Shown here piece after piece: positions 37,176-48,927 of a stretch of 64,000 bases of DNA. The DNA comes from Cyanophora paradoxa CCMP329 (taxonomy: Eukaryota > Plantae > Glaucophyta). The notes beneath the pieces were generated by a model that was not told the origin of the DNA, made no database searches, and saw nothing but the letters and a program-made list of their open reading frames with translations. Where the stretch lies: NCBI GenBank assembly GCA_004431415.1, contig QPMI01000417.1, forward strand, positions 62,001 through 126,000. The letters are read 5' to 3'. The position numbers and the translations under genes were made by a program. Numbering within the stretch: position 1 is the stretch's first letter; each line of letters opens with the position of its first letter.

Positions 37176-40100
37176 GTTGAAATTAAGCTAAGGGACCAGC
37201 GCTAGCTATCATATATAGTATAGCCGACCAGGTCAGCTGGTCGAGGGGGTACACGTTGAAATAAGCGCGTACGACGCCAGGCGCGAGCAGGTCAGATAGC
37301 TGAAGACCGGAGCGTCGTGTGCACAGCATCACCACAGGGAACCAGCTGACAGCCGCAGCACTAGGTGCACATGGAGCGAGACTGTGGTGCGCCGCACACC
37401 GGCGACGCGTACGATCGTACCGAGCCGCTCGCACAAGACGATGATGGGCGGTGGCGCGGCCGAAAGTGACATGGAAGGGAACAGTACGGCAGGAGCGGCT
37501 CAATCGGGTGAGAGTGCCACGGAAGCGCAGCGCGCGTTCACGTGCTGGCGTTGACCAGACACGACGAGCGCTGCGCCGGCGCCTTCAGGCGTTGCCGAAG
37601 GCGACGGATCCGGAGGTGATACTGTAGACTAAGCGAGCGCCGCGTCCTGCAGCTGACGCTGACTGCAACCGAGCAGTGATTGATCTGGACTCGGCAGAAA
37701 TTGCAACGTACACGGGAGGGACGGCGCGCGCGGCGGCGACGGCAAAGGGCCCCGCGGAAGGCGACGGAGGTGAGAGTGCAGAAGCAGGGATTGAAGAAAC
37801 CGTACTCACCAACATATGTTGCGTCGCGTTACGTAGATAAGAGGGCATCCGATATCCGATCCGATGGTGGGTTAGCCGCGCGAGTTATGCAATCGTATAA
37901 AAATCGATCTCAGCTTAATTGACTGCGCAGGCACGGGGACGAGCGCCCTGAGAGTATTACATGTCGGCAAGACTGCATCCAGCAGCAAGCCTGCGGTCGC
38001 GCCGGCTCAAGGCGACATCGCAGGTGCCTGCGCGGAACCCCGCTCGAACGAAGCGACTGACAACATCGGGTCGGCGGCAGGCTTGGAGGGGGGCGCATGT
38101 ATACTCGGCCGGGCGGCAGCGATGGTGGATCAGCCGGTGTGAAGCAACTGACCTCCGATGGCTCGCGGTGGGACAGCGCCGGTGCTGTCCCTTCAAGTCT
38201 GGATAGTGCGCGAGATATAGACGAATCTGACGTCATTTCCTGCCCAGGACCAGGTGCGAGCGCCCATGGAGACTTTCTAGTGGACAATGCATCATCCAGC
38301 AGCAGTACTACTGTGCCGCCGGCTCATGAACAGGGCGACGTCGCAGGTGCATGCACGCAGCCCCGGCCCGCCAGCACGAGGCTGCACACGCCCGAGGTAA
38401 CTTCTCTGATGCAGGGCTGAACCAACTCGATGTACTCATGTGCCCCCAAGATCGACTTCCGCCCCGATCCCCTCCAGAAGGCCTGGATCGCCTATGTTTA
38501 CGGCGAGCCCTCTGCAGACAGCACCATGGCCATCATCTTTTAGCCAGCTAGCGCTGATCAGGGTTACCGGTAGGACGTGCGAACAGAGTTGATGCGCAGC
38601 CGTTTTTTCGCTGATATAGTGTGCGCTGAGTCTGGCCTTTCATTTCGTCTTTTATTTAGTCTTTTTTTCACAGCGTGTACTTATCGGACCTTTTCTATTC
38701 TTTCAATCATAATCAATGTTTATCTTCAAGCCTCGACCTGCCGCGCGCACTGAGCCGGGGTCGTTCTGCCGCGCGCATGCATATGTGCGTGGCACTCGGA
38801 CTCTTTCATTAGATCCCCATTCCCCCCTTGCACCCCCGGCGCGAAAATCGCGGCCGGGCCACGAGTATACATACACAAGCTGCGATGCCGATCTAGTAGA
38901 GCTGGAATACGTAAACGTAGCCTTGCAACGCACAGGAGCTAGGCTGATCAGCAAGCGACATTTCAATCGTGTCAGGCAACTTCGAACTTCGGAAACCTCG
39001 GAATTCGAAAAAGCTGCGAACCAGGAGGATCAGGAGAAGGGGGCCGACGGCGCTTGAAGGAGACGTCAGGCCTAGCTATAGGGGGCAAATCAGGGCTAGT
39101 GATCATGACCATGGGAATAGAGAAAGCAACGACAGATGACGAAGGAGTCATTGAAAGCCGCTGAGCAGGCCTTGCGCCCCAAAGTCAAGATCATCCTCAA
39201 TGACATATGATATGCATCCGGATCCGGATCCGCAGCAATTCCAGAAGAAGGCAGAAGTGACCTATAGCTACGAACCGTGTACCGCATGAGGTTCGTATCT
39301 ATAGTCAGTGAGATCAATTATCACTTGAGGAGAGAGCGGAGGCGAGCTGGTAGCATCAGCAGCATCATCGATAGATGATTCCCTCGGGGGGGTACGGGGT
39401 TGCGAGGGCCGCCTCTGGCGGCGCCCTTGTGCACCCCGCGGGGGACAGTGCGTAGCAGCTTCGTCTTCTACAGCCTGCTGGCGTTCCGGCAAGCCCGGGA
39501 TCATCGCGCCCGCTGGCAGCTAGCGCAATCTCGGGAAAGATCGACAGCCGCGCCTGGCGGGTCCGGCGCCGATCTGGGCTCGTCCTGGATCGTACGCCGT
39601 GCGCGTAAGGACGCCCCGGGCGCGGCGGATCCCCCGCGTGCGCGCAGGTTGCTCTTCGGACGCACCATCCAACAGCGCCCGGCAAAGTAGAAGGCGGCAG
39701 AGGCGGAGCGAGTAGGACCATTCCTCCCGCCAGATGACGCCGGCCTCTCGATGACCGGCGGCCGCCGAGGTTCCGCCGCGCGGGGTCCTCCTGTGCGTCT
39801 CCTCCGGCGCCGGGACTCTCCTCTCTGCTCCGCTCTCGGGTCCTCGTCCTCCGGCGGCCCGCGTCTCTCTCCTGCGGGCACCCGGGGCGCCCGCCAGCGG
39901 GTCGGCGACGGTGGAGCCTCGCCGCGGCCGCGCTGCGATCGGGGCAGGTGTCTGGCGGCGGCGGACTGGTTCTCACGCACTGGTGGCGGAGCTCGAGGAG
40001 GAGGAACCGCGGCGCGAGGTGGCGGCTCACCCCTGGCAAACCGCTCCAGCGGCGGCCCCGCGCGGGTCGCCGTGGGCGGAGTTGGGGGCGCCGCGCGCCA

Positions 40101-41289
40101 CCCGCAGTCGTCCCCCTTTCTCTTTCTCTCGTCCTAGATATAGAAGTAGGAGTAGGCGACGCGCGCGACGCTACGTTTCTTTCTTTCTCGTCGGCTATCT
40201 CTGAGGTTGGGTTCCTTCGCAGATCCTTTCCTGCTTTCGTGACTCCTCGTAGGGATATGCCTCGTGCATCCTGGAATATAGGCTATTATGTACTGAGGTG
40301 TACGTGGGCAGGCTATCGGAAAACGAGAACCCTTGCTCCCCGCAGTACATAGGTCTGTTTTTTCAGGACCTTTTATGAGGATGGGCCCATGGGCAGCTGT
40401 CTTGCTATTCTCTACTTGTTAGTGAGGCAGACTGGTAAACTTCGGTTTTGGGTAGATTCGACTTGTCTACTTTCGGAAGGGTCCGGTAGATTGATGCGGT
40501 AGTGCCGTCAATATACCGTCATTTTTGCAAAAAAAATCAGCAGCATCATCGATAACGTCAGAAGCTTGAGCAGGAAGTCCCAAAGCTCAAAAGCATCCAT
40601 ACGGCGACAGCAAAGAGGTGGCTCGTTCTCAGCGTCAAAATCCGGCGGCAGTTGATCATGAGGGGGAGTGTGATCGATATCATGATCATATAGCACATCG
40701 AAGGGGAGAAGTCGACTAGTCCCACGCATCCACGACCTCGACGGGGTGGTAGCCGGCCGCCGGGCTCGCGCCCGGGTCATCTCTTCGACGAGCGCGCGGT
40801 CGGCGTTGCGACGCGCAAGCAGCTGCAGGGCGGATCGCTCGCGAGGGTCTCAGTGGCGGACGTGGTCGCCGCGTGCACCTCGAGCTCGAGGACTGCATAC
40901 TCGAGCTCGTCGGCCCATATGCATGCGCTCCGCCATGGCGCCGGCGGCGAGATATATAGACGCCCGGAAGTGGCCGGCCACCTCGCGTGTACATGTCGCC
41001 AATCGCGAGGTCGACGTCACACCAGATGTCGATGGCGTGTCGCAGAAGACATCGACGAGGCTGGTAGAAACATCATACCGTACGCGTACGCCGCAGCAGC
41101 CGAACCATCGATGTAAAAAGGCCGCGGGGCCTGAGCTCGATCGCGAGTGCCATAGATATATATAGTGCACCTATCAAGTCCGAGCAGGCACCTTTACGGT
41201 GAGGCGGTTAGTACGTAGGTGATCGCTACTGTTAGTCCTGAATTTGAATAGTACGGCAACCACGGTCACACTCCATTCGGCAATCAAAC

Positions 41290-44200
41290 ATGACGCGCTC
41301 GTCCAAGGCGGCAGCAGGCGCAGCTGCAGCTCCAGCTGCTTCGCCGGCTGACGCAACTGCGCCGAAGACGTTTCTAGTGCAAGCGTCGCCGGCCAAAGCA
41401 GGCGCAAAGGGCCATGCAACGAAAGGGCCGAAGGAGCCTGAAGTTGAGGTGACGGCGCAGGCGGAAACTGTACATGTCACGCCGAAGACGTCCGCCAGCT
41501 GCAGGTGCGCGGGTTTAAGCTTGGGCGCATCCATTGAGATGCTAAAGGGCAAATCAATTAACTAAAGTGATTGACAGTGGGGGTGACGTCCTCAGTCTGG
41601 AAGCTGGAGGCGTTGTGGGTGGCCATGGGGGAGCCGGCGCCGGCAGTGGGGAGACAGCTCATGCCACGAATGGTCGCACGTCCGAAGATACAGCCGGCTA
41701 CATGTACGTGTTTTCAATAAAGACTCTGAGCTCGAGACATATCATGATAAGTACGCATCGATGAAAACGAATTTTGAAGGCTGATCAGCGGAACGCACGT
41801 GCGTAGCGCGACTCCCGTGCTCGTAGCTGCAGTTGCAGCTGGCACACCGACGGGAAACATTTTGACATCGTACGTCTTGTACACATGTACAGATATCGAT
41901 AGTCTGTGGTTATTCAAATAATCTAATGTCTCCCAGGCCCAGCAAGCGAATCACTGTGGCACGCACCTTCATGGACTTGAAAGAAGGAAGGGAGTTCGAA
42001 GGCATCGTCCGGATTGCAAACATGCACACAATCCCGGGGAAGAACGGGAATTCCGTCCAAGGCACACTGGAAGACGAGGTATGTTTGTTTTGACTATGAG
42101 TATTACGATATCAATGCTCTGCAATTGAATTCGAACGCAATATAATTCGCAGGTTGGAGATAAAATCCCTGTTCGGATTTTCACCGGCGCGATGGCGAAC
42201 AATGCGGATAAATTGACCGCTAAAAGGGATATTATTGGGCAAGTGAACACCATTATCAACCAGCTGAATGCAAGCTGCAGCACGGACGGTATGGTAAGCT
42301 CTAAGTCAATCTATCTAGTTCAACTTCAAATAATCTAACGTTAACGGTGCTGATTGGGGAAGGACCCCCTTCCCCTTCCCCCACTTGGGGGTGTTCGGGT
42401 GCCCACCCTAGGCCAAAATGAAATGTCCCGACCTCCCAAAACCCGGGTTTTCTCGCCGGATCCTAGCAAGGCACGTCTCTAGGAGTCCGGAAATGTGTAC
42501 CGGAAGATTCGAGTCCTATCCGGTGGACCAGAAATGGGCGATAACACATTTTTGAAAAATGCGATCTAGCGCCTCACCAAGTGGCGGTATATCTGCCGGA
42601 CCGAGTGCGCCTGAATGCGCCTGATACGCCCGACGATTCATGTCATACATGCCGAGACCGGAGGGGCACAGGGTGGTCCGCTAGGCCGCCTCAAGTACCT
42701 GTTGTACCGGACGCCAAAAAAAATCGCTCCTGAGAGTTGGAGGCGATATCGTGTTGCAGTACCCGTACGTATACGACAAGCCGGCAAGCGAGCCGACAGG
42801 CTCGCTAGCTGGCCAACTAGCTGAGTTCCGGCTATCGGCTTGCTGGACTTCCGCGTGTGGCGTCACTGGCGTCCGTCGACATCGTGCCGTCACGGCGAGT
42901 GCACGTGCGCGCTGAGGTTCTGCTCTGCTGCATGGATCGCTCGCCCGGGCCGGGCCGCTTGAGCCTCACTCGTGCGCTCGCTCGTGCGCTCGCCGGCGCC
43001 GCGCGCGGCGCTGCTGTCGGCGCTGCCACGCTCCACGCTCCACCGATTCCGGCCGCACCAGGTACGAACTCGTCCACCGCCGCGCCGCCCTAGGCCTCTC
43101 ACTTCCCGCGAGACGCAGCAGCGAGCGTCGCAGCTGGGCATCAACATGTACATCGCATCTGTTCCATGGGTGCGCATGCTGCCCAGCTGTGCTCGTCGCT
43201 TCCTCTGCCGCGGGGGAAGGGTCCGGTTGCACGACTCATGCTTGCCAACCTCAGTCTTGCACCCGCATGCAATCGACCGGGTTGAGCCGCTAGCAAGCAT
43301 CACATCACCTCCAAGACCTCTGCCTCCGCATCCGTTGACGGCGCGCCCGTCCGCCTTGCTGCGCTTCTCGTACGCGTCCGCACTAAGCGCCTGCCGCTGC
43401 GCCTAGCCTCCGCCCGCGCCGACGCCGGCCAACGCCGGCGCGGCGGCGCGGCCGCCGGGCTCCTCCCGCTCCTCGGGGGCGGAGTCCGGGAGGCGCAGCG
43501 GGCGGCGGCGCGGCTCGCCGGGCGGGCGGAGGCGCGGCGGGCGGAGGCGCGGCGGGCCGGGCGGCGGCGCGGCTCGCCGGGCGGGGCGGAGGCGCAGCGG
43601 GCGGCGGCGCGGCTCGCTGGGCAGGGCGGAGGCGCGGCGGGCCGGGCGGCGGCGCGGCTCGCTGGGCGGGGCGGAGGCGCGGCGGGCGGCGGCGCAGCTC
43701 GCCGGGCGGGGAGGGAGGCGCTGCGGGCGGCGGAGCGGCTATCCGGGCGGGGCGGAGGCGCGGCGGGCGGCGGCGCGTCTCGACGGGCAAGGCGGAGGGC
43801 GGAGGCGCAGGGCGGGGCGCCGCGGCGGAGGCGCGGCGGGCGGCGGCGCTTCTCAAGACTCTGAGATCTAGTCCCCCGCTGAGCTAGATCTCGTCCTCCC
43901 CCACTTCTGAAAAGCACCGGGCTGTTATCAGAGTCCACACTGTCTCGGCTCAAAGCTTGGTTGAGCAGGAAAGTTCACCCCTGGGTGAACTTTCCTGCTC
44001 AACCTTTAGAGGTCCTTCCCCTCCAACAGGGGCAGTGCAACTGCAGTGTCCCTGTTCCGTTCATATAATACAATTGCAGTACCTGTTCATGAAAGCGTCG
44101 GCACGGGCCCGGTACTTGGTGAAGGGCACTGCGAATGACAAGATGGCGTGGCCCCTGTCACGGGATCGAACACTGCTCAAGGAGATTCAGATTAATTCTG

Positions 44201-45484
44201 GCAACGTTGGCAGCATCTCATTCGAGGCCGTGCACGAAGATGTAAATTCGCCTTCTTTAAATCGCTCTTTGATTAAAGATGTAATAATTAATCAATGGAG
44301 GGCAGGATCCTTGTCTCGCCGGGATATCGATGCCGCATAAACTGGCAAACATGGACCGCACCACGTTCGTCATGATGCGCTACGACATCGTTTCGGATTT
44401 TACGGCCGCTACGCACGACTACGTGAACGTAAACAAGCAGTGTGATTCGAACCGGTTCAGTGAATGTGCGTGTTTTGATTCAATTGTGACAACGTGGTAT
44501 GCAAGGGCCGGGGTGCCCCGACGTACACCGATATCGATATTAAAATCAGACAACGTGAACTGCGTGATCAAGGAGGACGAGGATGGATACGTTTGCATGG
44601 ACAAGAAAGGGTGTAAGGTGACTGCTCGGTTCGGGAGGGACGCCAAGTTCGAGACACTTGGCGTGCTGTACGACAACTACAACGTTGACGGTGCTGCAGA
44701 CATCGTCGTTGCATTTGCAGAGGTGCGAGAGCATTTAAAATTTCTTCCAATTCCAACAAGTGGCTGACTCAGTGACTATGAACGTGGTGCGTGTAGTTCA
44801 AGTTTGACCGATGCAGTTCTAGCTATAGCTTCGCTCCATCTGAACTGTGGTTCGGCTACTACTCGGATGTCATGGGCCTCACTGAGTACGAGGAGAAAAG
44901 GAAGCGCCTGCCTGAAGGGTTCGTCACGAAGTCGCTGATCATGAAGACTCCGGACGCCTACACACATCTGCACGCGTCGGTCCCACTCGAAAATGCCACC
45001 AATTGCAATCGAATGGGTGAGCAGGGTCCACTTACTGTCGTTTACGGGAATAACCATGGAGGGCAGTGCTCTTCAATGGCAGTGGATCCGGAGCAGCTAT
45101 TAACACCGGTATACGTACCGGCAATCTTGCTGCGACCAGTACTAGTCATGGCCCAGTGCTGAACGGGATAGGGAGCCCCGTCAAGTTACCCATGACGTTG
45201 AAGGCCAACCCGTTCGCCGTTGTACGCGGTGCCAGCTGCAGCAAGGCATCGTTCCCCGCCGGGCCGGCTGACCGATCGCGAGAGGTGCACACACGATGGT
45301 ACATTGCGTATAGTATAAATATAGGATGACCGGAATCGCCGAGTCGCAGGTCAACGGGACCAAGCGGAAGGCGGGAGTGAAGTACAACCTCAGGCCCAGG
45401 AAGCAGAAGAAACCGAAGAGAGATGATGAAGAGCTCGAGGAAGAATCAGAAGAAGATCTAGAGGAGGCGGATGAGGATGAGTAA
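41290..45484 (+). CDS. Multi-exon protein with probable tandem OB folds (RPA1-like ssDNA-binding), basic NLS-like and acidic tail
   Basis: Spliced FMDLKEGREFEGIVRIAN..VQGTLEDE|VGDKIPVRIF..|YLFMKAS..EIQIN, then YVCMDKKGCKVTARF..DIVVAFAE|FKF. Tail KRKAGVKYNLRPRKQKKPKRDDEELEEE. Lower GC than the housekeeping genes. Last exons uncertain. Confidence 0.55.
42356..44021. mobile_element. Non-coding insertion with 11-bp TIRs, terminal hairpins and no TSD (Helentron/Helitron2-like?)
   Basis: GGGGAAGGACC (42356-66) / GGTCCTTCCCC (44011-21); flanks gatt|tcc; perfect 22-bp stem 43959-44004; GC-rich degenerate repeats 43400-43850. Lies within an intron of the OB-fold gene. Confidence 0.7.
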
Positions 45485-46471
45485 GGGGCTGAGGATCCCG
45501 GCCCCAACACGTCAGCTTGGGATAACTCGGGACTTCTTACCAGCCCTCGATTCACTCCGAGGCTCATTCACTCTGCATATATATATAACCACCCTATTCA
45601 ATTTGCCCAGGCCGGGCACGCAAACTTGGAAGAGCTACGGGGCACGTTTAGGCCTAGGGGACGTCGACACCCTCCGAAGGCAGTTAACGTTGGCTATTCT
45701 CCAGGGTCACTGGGTGCCATACCCACAACGTTTTATATCGCCGACGGGGGGGATGTCGCCGCCCAATAGTGCATACGTATACGTATACGTATACGTATAC
45801 GCAGACCGTTCACGGTTTATGAATTTACGGGGGCAAGGGGGGTGGCGGCGCGGCTCCGAGGCTCAACAAGATGTGTGGGCGGAGGCACCGCAGGGGCGGG
45901 GCGGGGCAGGGCAGGGCGGTCAGGGGCAGCTGCAGCTGCAGGTGCGATACGGCGCCGCGCACGTGGACAGGGCGGGGTGATCATGAGGCGGGGCGGGGCA
46001 GATCTAGAGCGGGGCATGCGCAAGGCGAGGCGGGGCGGGGCGGAGCGATCGCGAGGTGGGGCACGGCGAGCGGGGGAGGACGGGACGGGGCGGGGCGGGG
46101 CCGGGGCGGGGCTGGCCATGGGCTCGGCGGGGGCAGCCGCGGGGCAGCTGGGACGACGCACGGCAGCGACCCAGTCCAAGCTGCGCAGGGCGGCCAGTGC
46201 ACGTGGGGCGCCGCTTAGAACGGGCAGGGCGAGAAGACGGGCCTCACAGGAAGGAATTGCAGCAATAGCATCTAAGTGCCGATCAGACATCAGCGCGGTC
46301 TGATCCGCACATGTACAGGGGTGAACTTCGAGATCGGCAGGAGGCGGCGCCAAGCTGCAGAGGGCAGTCAGCGGGGCGCCACTTAAAGCTTAGCACGGGA
46401 AGGGCCGCGCGCGCGGGATCCGGAGGGCGGGTCTCGAGCTCCGAGGCTCACACGTCCACGAGCTAGCGCTC

Positions 46472-46624
46472 GCCCGACGATGCTGTCCGCTGTTGTGGCC
46501 GAGCACTTGCTCGGCATAAGAGACCAAGCCACGACCGGCCTGTCGGGACAGGGTACAGGGTCAACGCGAACGGCGGACTTAGTCCGCCGTTCTGGGAAAA
46601 AAACATGAAAAAAACAGGGTACGT
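46472..46624 (+). repeat. Dispersed structured repeat, copy 1 (two palindromes plus A-rich end)
   Basis: Homologous to 52696-52869, with a partial copy at ~47308-47345. Confidence 0.85.
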
Positions 46625-48044
46625 GGTCATCCGCAAGCCCAACCCTGCGCAGGGCGAATATATACGAACGCTCCCGTACATCGCACTCGAAGCGTGCCGC
46701 AAATTGAAAGCCGTCCAGCCGGCAGCCGTCCAGCCGGCCGCGGAGCGGCGGAACGGCGGGCGGCAACACGGCACGCCCGGCGGGGCGGCGGGGCACGCCG
46801 GGCGGGACGGAGACTCGGCGCCGCAGCGAGCCCCGCTTCCGTCCCGCCTGGGAAAGAGACGGGAAGACGAGTCGGGGCAGGCAGGGGCGCGGCTCGCCGG
46901 CCGCGGCGGAGACGCGGCTTGCAGCGCGGCTCTATAGCTATCGACGGGACGGGAGCACGGCGGTGTGTGAACTGCAGCCCCAAGCGCAACGTGGGCGCGG
47001 CTGACACCGATGCGCAGGACCGGACGATGATGGGCCATGCAGGCCGGAGGCCATGACGGGGCGGGCGGAGGCGCGGATCACCGGGCGCGCGGCGCAAGGC
47101 GGAGGGCAGCGCGGCTCGAAGAGCGGGGAGGCAGCGCGGCGGACGGCGGCGGGGCACGCCGGGCGCGCGGCGCGAGGCGGGGGCAGCGCGACTCGAAGGG
47201 CGGAGCGGAGGCGCGACGGGCAGCCACGCCGCACGCCGGGCGAGGAGGCAGCGCGGCGGGCGGCGGCAGGGCACGCCGGGCAGGGCGGAGACTCGGCGCC
47301 GCAGCGAGCCCGACGATGCTGTCCGCTGTTAACGTTGTGGCCCGGCGATGCTGTCCGCCGCAAGCGAGATCGTCCAGGGCGCCCGGCCTCAGCAGCTCTC
47401 ACATGCACTAGCACTAGGCTCACGAAAATTGCGAAATTAAACAGATCTAGATGTACTTAGATCTACCTTGATCTTTAACTCAGTCACTTAGTAATTAAAA
47501 TATTGAGCTCTTGTACTGATTTATCGATATCCTTCCCCTTCGATCTGGATAACTCGAAGGAATGTGGATGGGTGGGAAGGGGTGCACGTGGGGGGAGGAG
47601 GGGGGGGCCTTCCCCGCGTGAGCGGGTGTCTTGTATACCGCTGCCGCAGTGCACTTGCAGCTGCGCATGCAGGTATAAATCCATATATACATATATCTTC
47701 CTACCGCTATATAGCTAACTATACATTTAGCTAGATCTACCTATAGCAACAATATTTATATACAGGGCGCTATAGCTAGCTAACACTATCAGGGGGGGGG
47801 GGGGGGGGGGCCAGGCCCGGACCAGGCGCGGGGCGGAACGGATCCGGAGGCCGCCGCGCGCTGCTTCCAATCCGCATCCACCACGAAAGCGCCGCGATTC
47901 GAACCGCATGCACTCGCCGCTCATGATCAGCGGAGGACGGGGAGGCGCCCACCAAGCGCGAGGGACGGTCGCCACTGCTTCCCGGCTGCCTCCACCATGA
48001 AGCCGCAAGGGGGGGGGGGGGAGAAGGGGGGAGGGGAGGGAGAG

Positions 48045-48675
48045 GGGGGCGGGGCGCACGGCTGGAGAGGCGGAGGGCACGAAGGGGCGAGGTCGCGGGC
48101 CTGGGCCTGGAGGCGGGGGCGTCAGGGCGGGCCCAGCGTCGTCCCCCAGGGAGGAATCAAGCTGCGGCGAGGGCGTCGGTGAGTACCCCGCGGCGCCCCC
48201 CCCCCCCCCCCCTCGGCCCGCACCTCCTCAAGGCCCGAGAGACGTCCGGCCCGAGAGGCCCGCGGCGGCCGCTTTCATGAAACCAAGCAACGCGCGCGCG
48301 TCGCAGCCTGCGCACGCGCAGGACGTCAGGGGGCTGTGGGCAGCGGGGGGTACAGGCGCACGGACCAGAGGCCGGAAAACTCGAGAATCTCGAAGGCCGA
48401 GAGGTGATCGATTGCCTACGCCTGCAGGCCTCTCCCGTCCAGGGCCTGCAGCCCCTCCGGCCTGCCACGCGTACGGGAACCCGGGTGCCCAGCGTCGGTC
48501 CAGGGGCACAGGGGTACGAAGTTGTAAAAGGTGGGAAGGCGGGGGAGAGGGGGGGCGGGGCGCACGGGCTGGAGAGGCGGAGGGCACGAAGGGACGAGGT
48601 CGCAGGCCTGGGCCTGGAGGCAGGGGCGTCAGGGCGGGCCCAGCGTCGTCCCCCAGGGAGGAATCAAGCTGCGGC
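48045..48675. repeat. ~125-bp direct repeat pair (48045-48168, 48551-48675)
   Basis: ggggcggggcgcacg..ggaggaatcaagctgcggc occurs twice. Confidence 0.85.
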
Positions 48676-48676
48676 C

Positions 48677-48927
48677 AGCGGGGCGTCGCTTACTAAGTTA
48701 GATCTAGAGCGGGACGCTTAAGGTCGGGAAGGCGGTCCTCACAGGAGTTGAGCCGATGCGAGGAACGAGCACGCGCACACCGCTGCGCAGGGCGGTCAGC
48801 GGGGCGCCGCTTAGAGCGGGATCCGGAAGGGCGGGAAGGCGGGCCTCACACCAGCTGAGCCGATGCGAGGATCCGGAACGAGCGTGCGCACACCGCTGCG
48901 CAGGGCGGTCGGCGGGGCGTCGCTTCA
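48677..48927. repeat. ~105-110-bp degenerate tandem repeat; related copies at ~46180-46450
   Basis: Shared cagcggggcgccgctt..gaaggcgggcctcaca..gagccgatgcgagga..acaccgctgcgcagggcggtc. Confidence 0.75.

Larger units (their letters stand above)
33493..37176 (-). mobile_element. 5'-truncated non-LTR retrotransposon (L1/Tx1-like)
   Basis: 14-bp TSD TTGAAATTAAGCTA (33479-92, 37177-90); poly(A) on the minus strand (T8 at 33493); ORF2 C-terminal zinc-knuckle region. RT and endonuclease domains are absent. Confidence 0.9.

Noticed and set aside
40500-41170. Minus-strand motifs FYIDGS, DVDLAI and LWDFLLKLL suggesting RNase H, nucleotidyltransferase or ETS domains
   Set aside because: The motifs lie in different, stop-interrupted frames with no consistent splice model.
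46472-46624. Self-cleaving ribozyme
   Set aside because: No hammerhead CUGANGA/GAAA core or recognisable HDV/twister pattern on either strand by eye.
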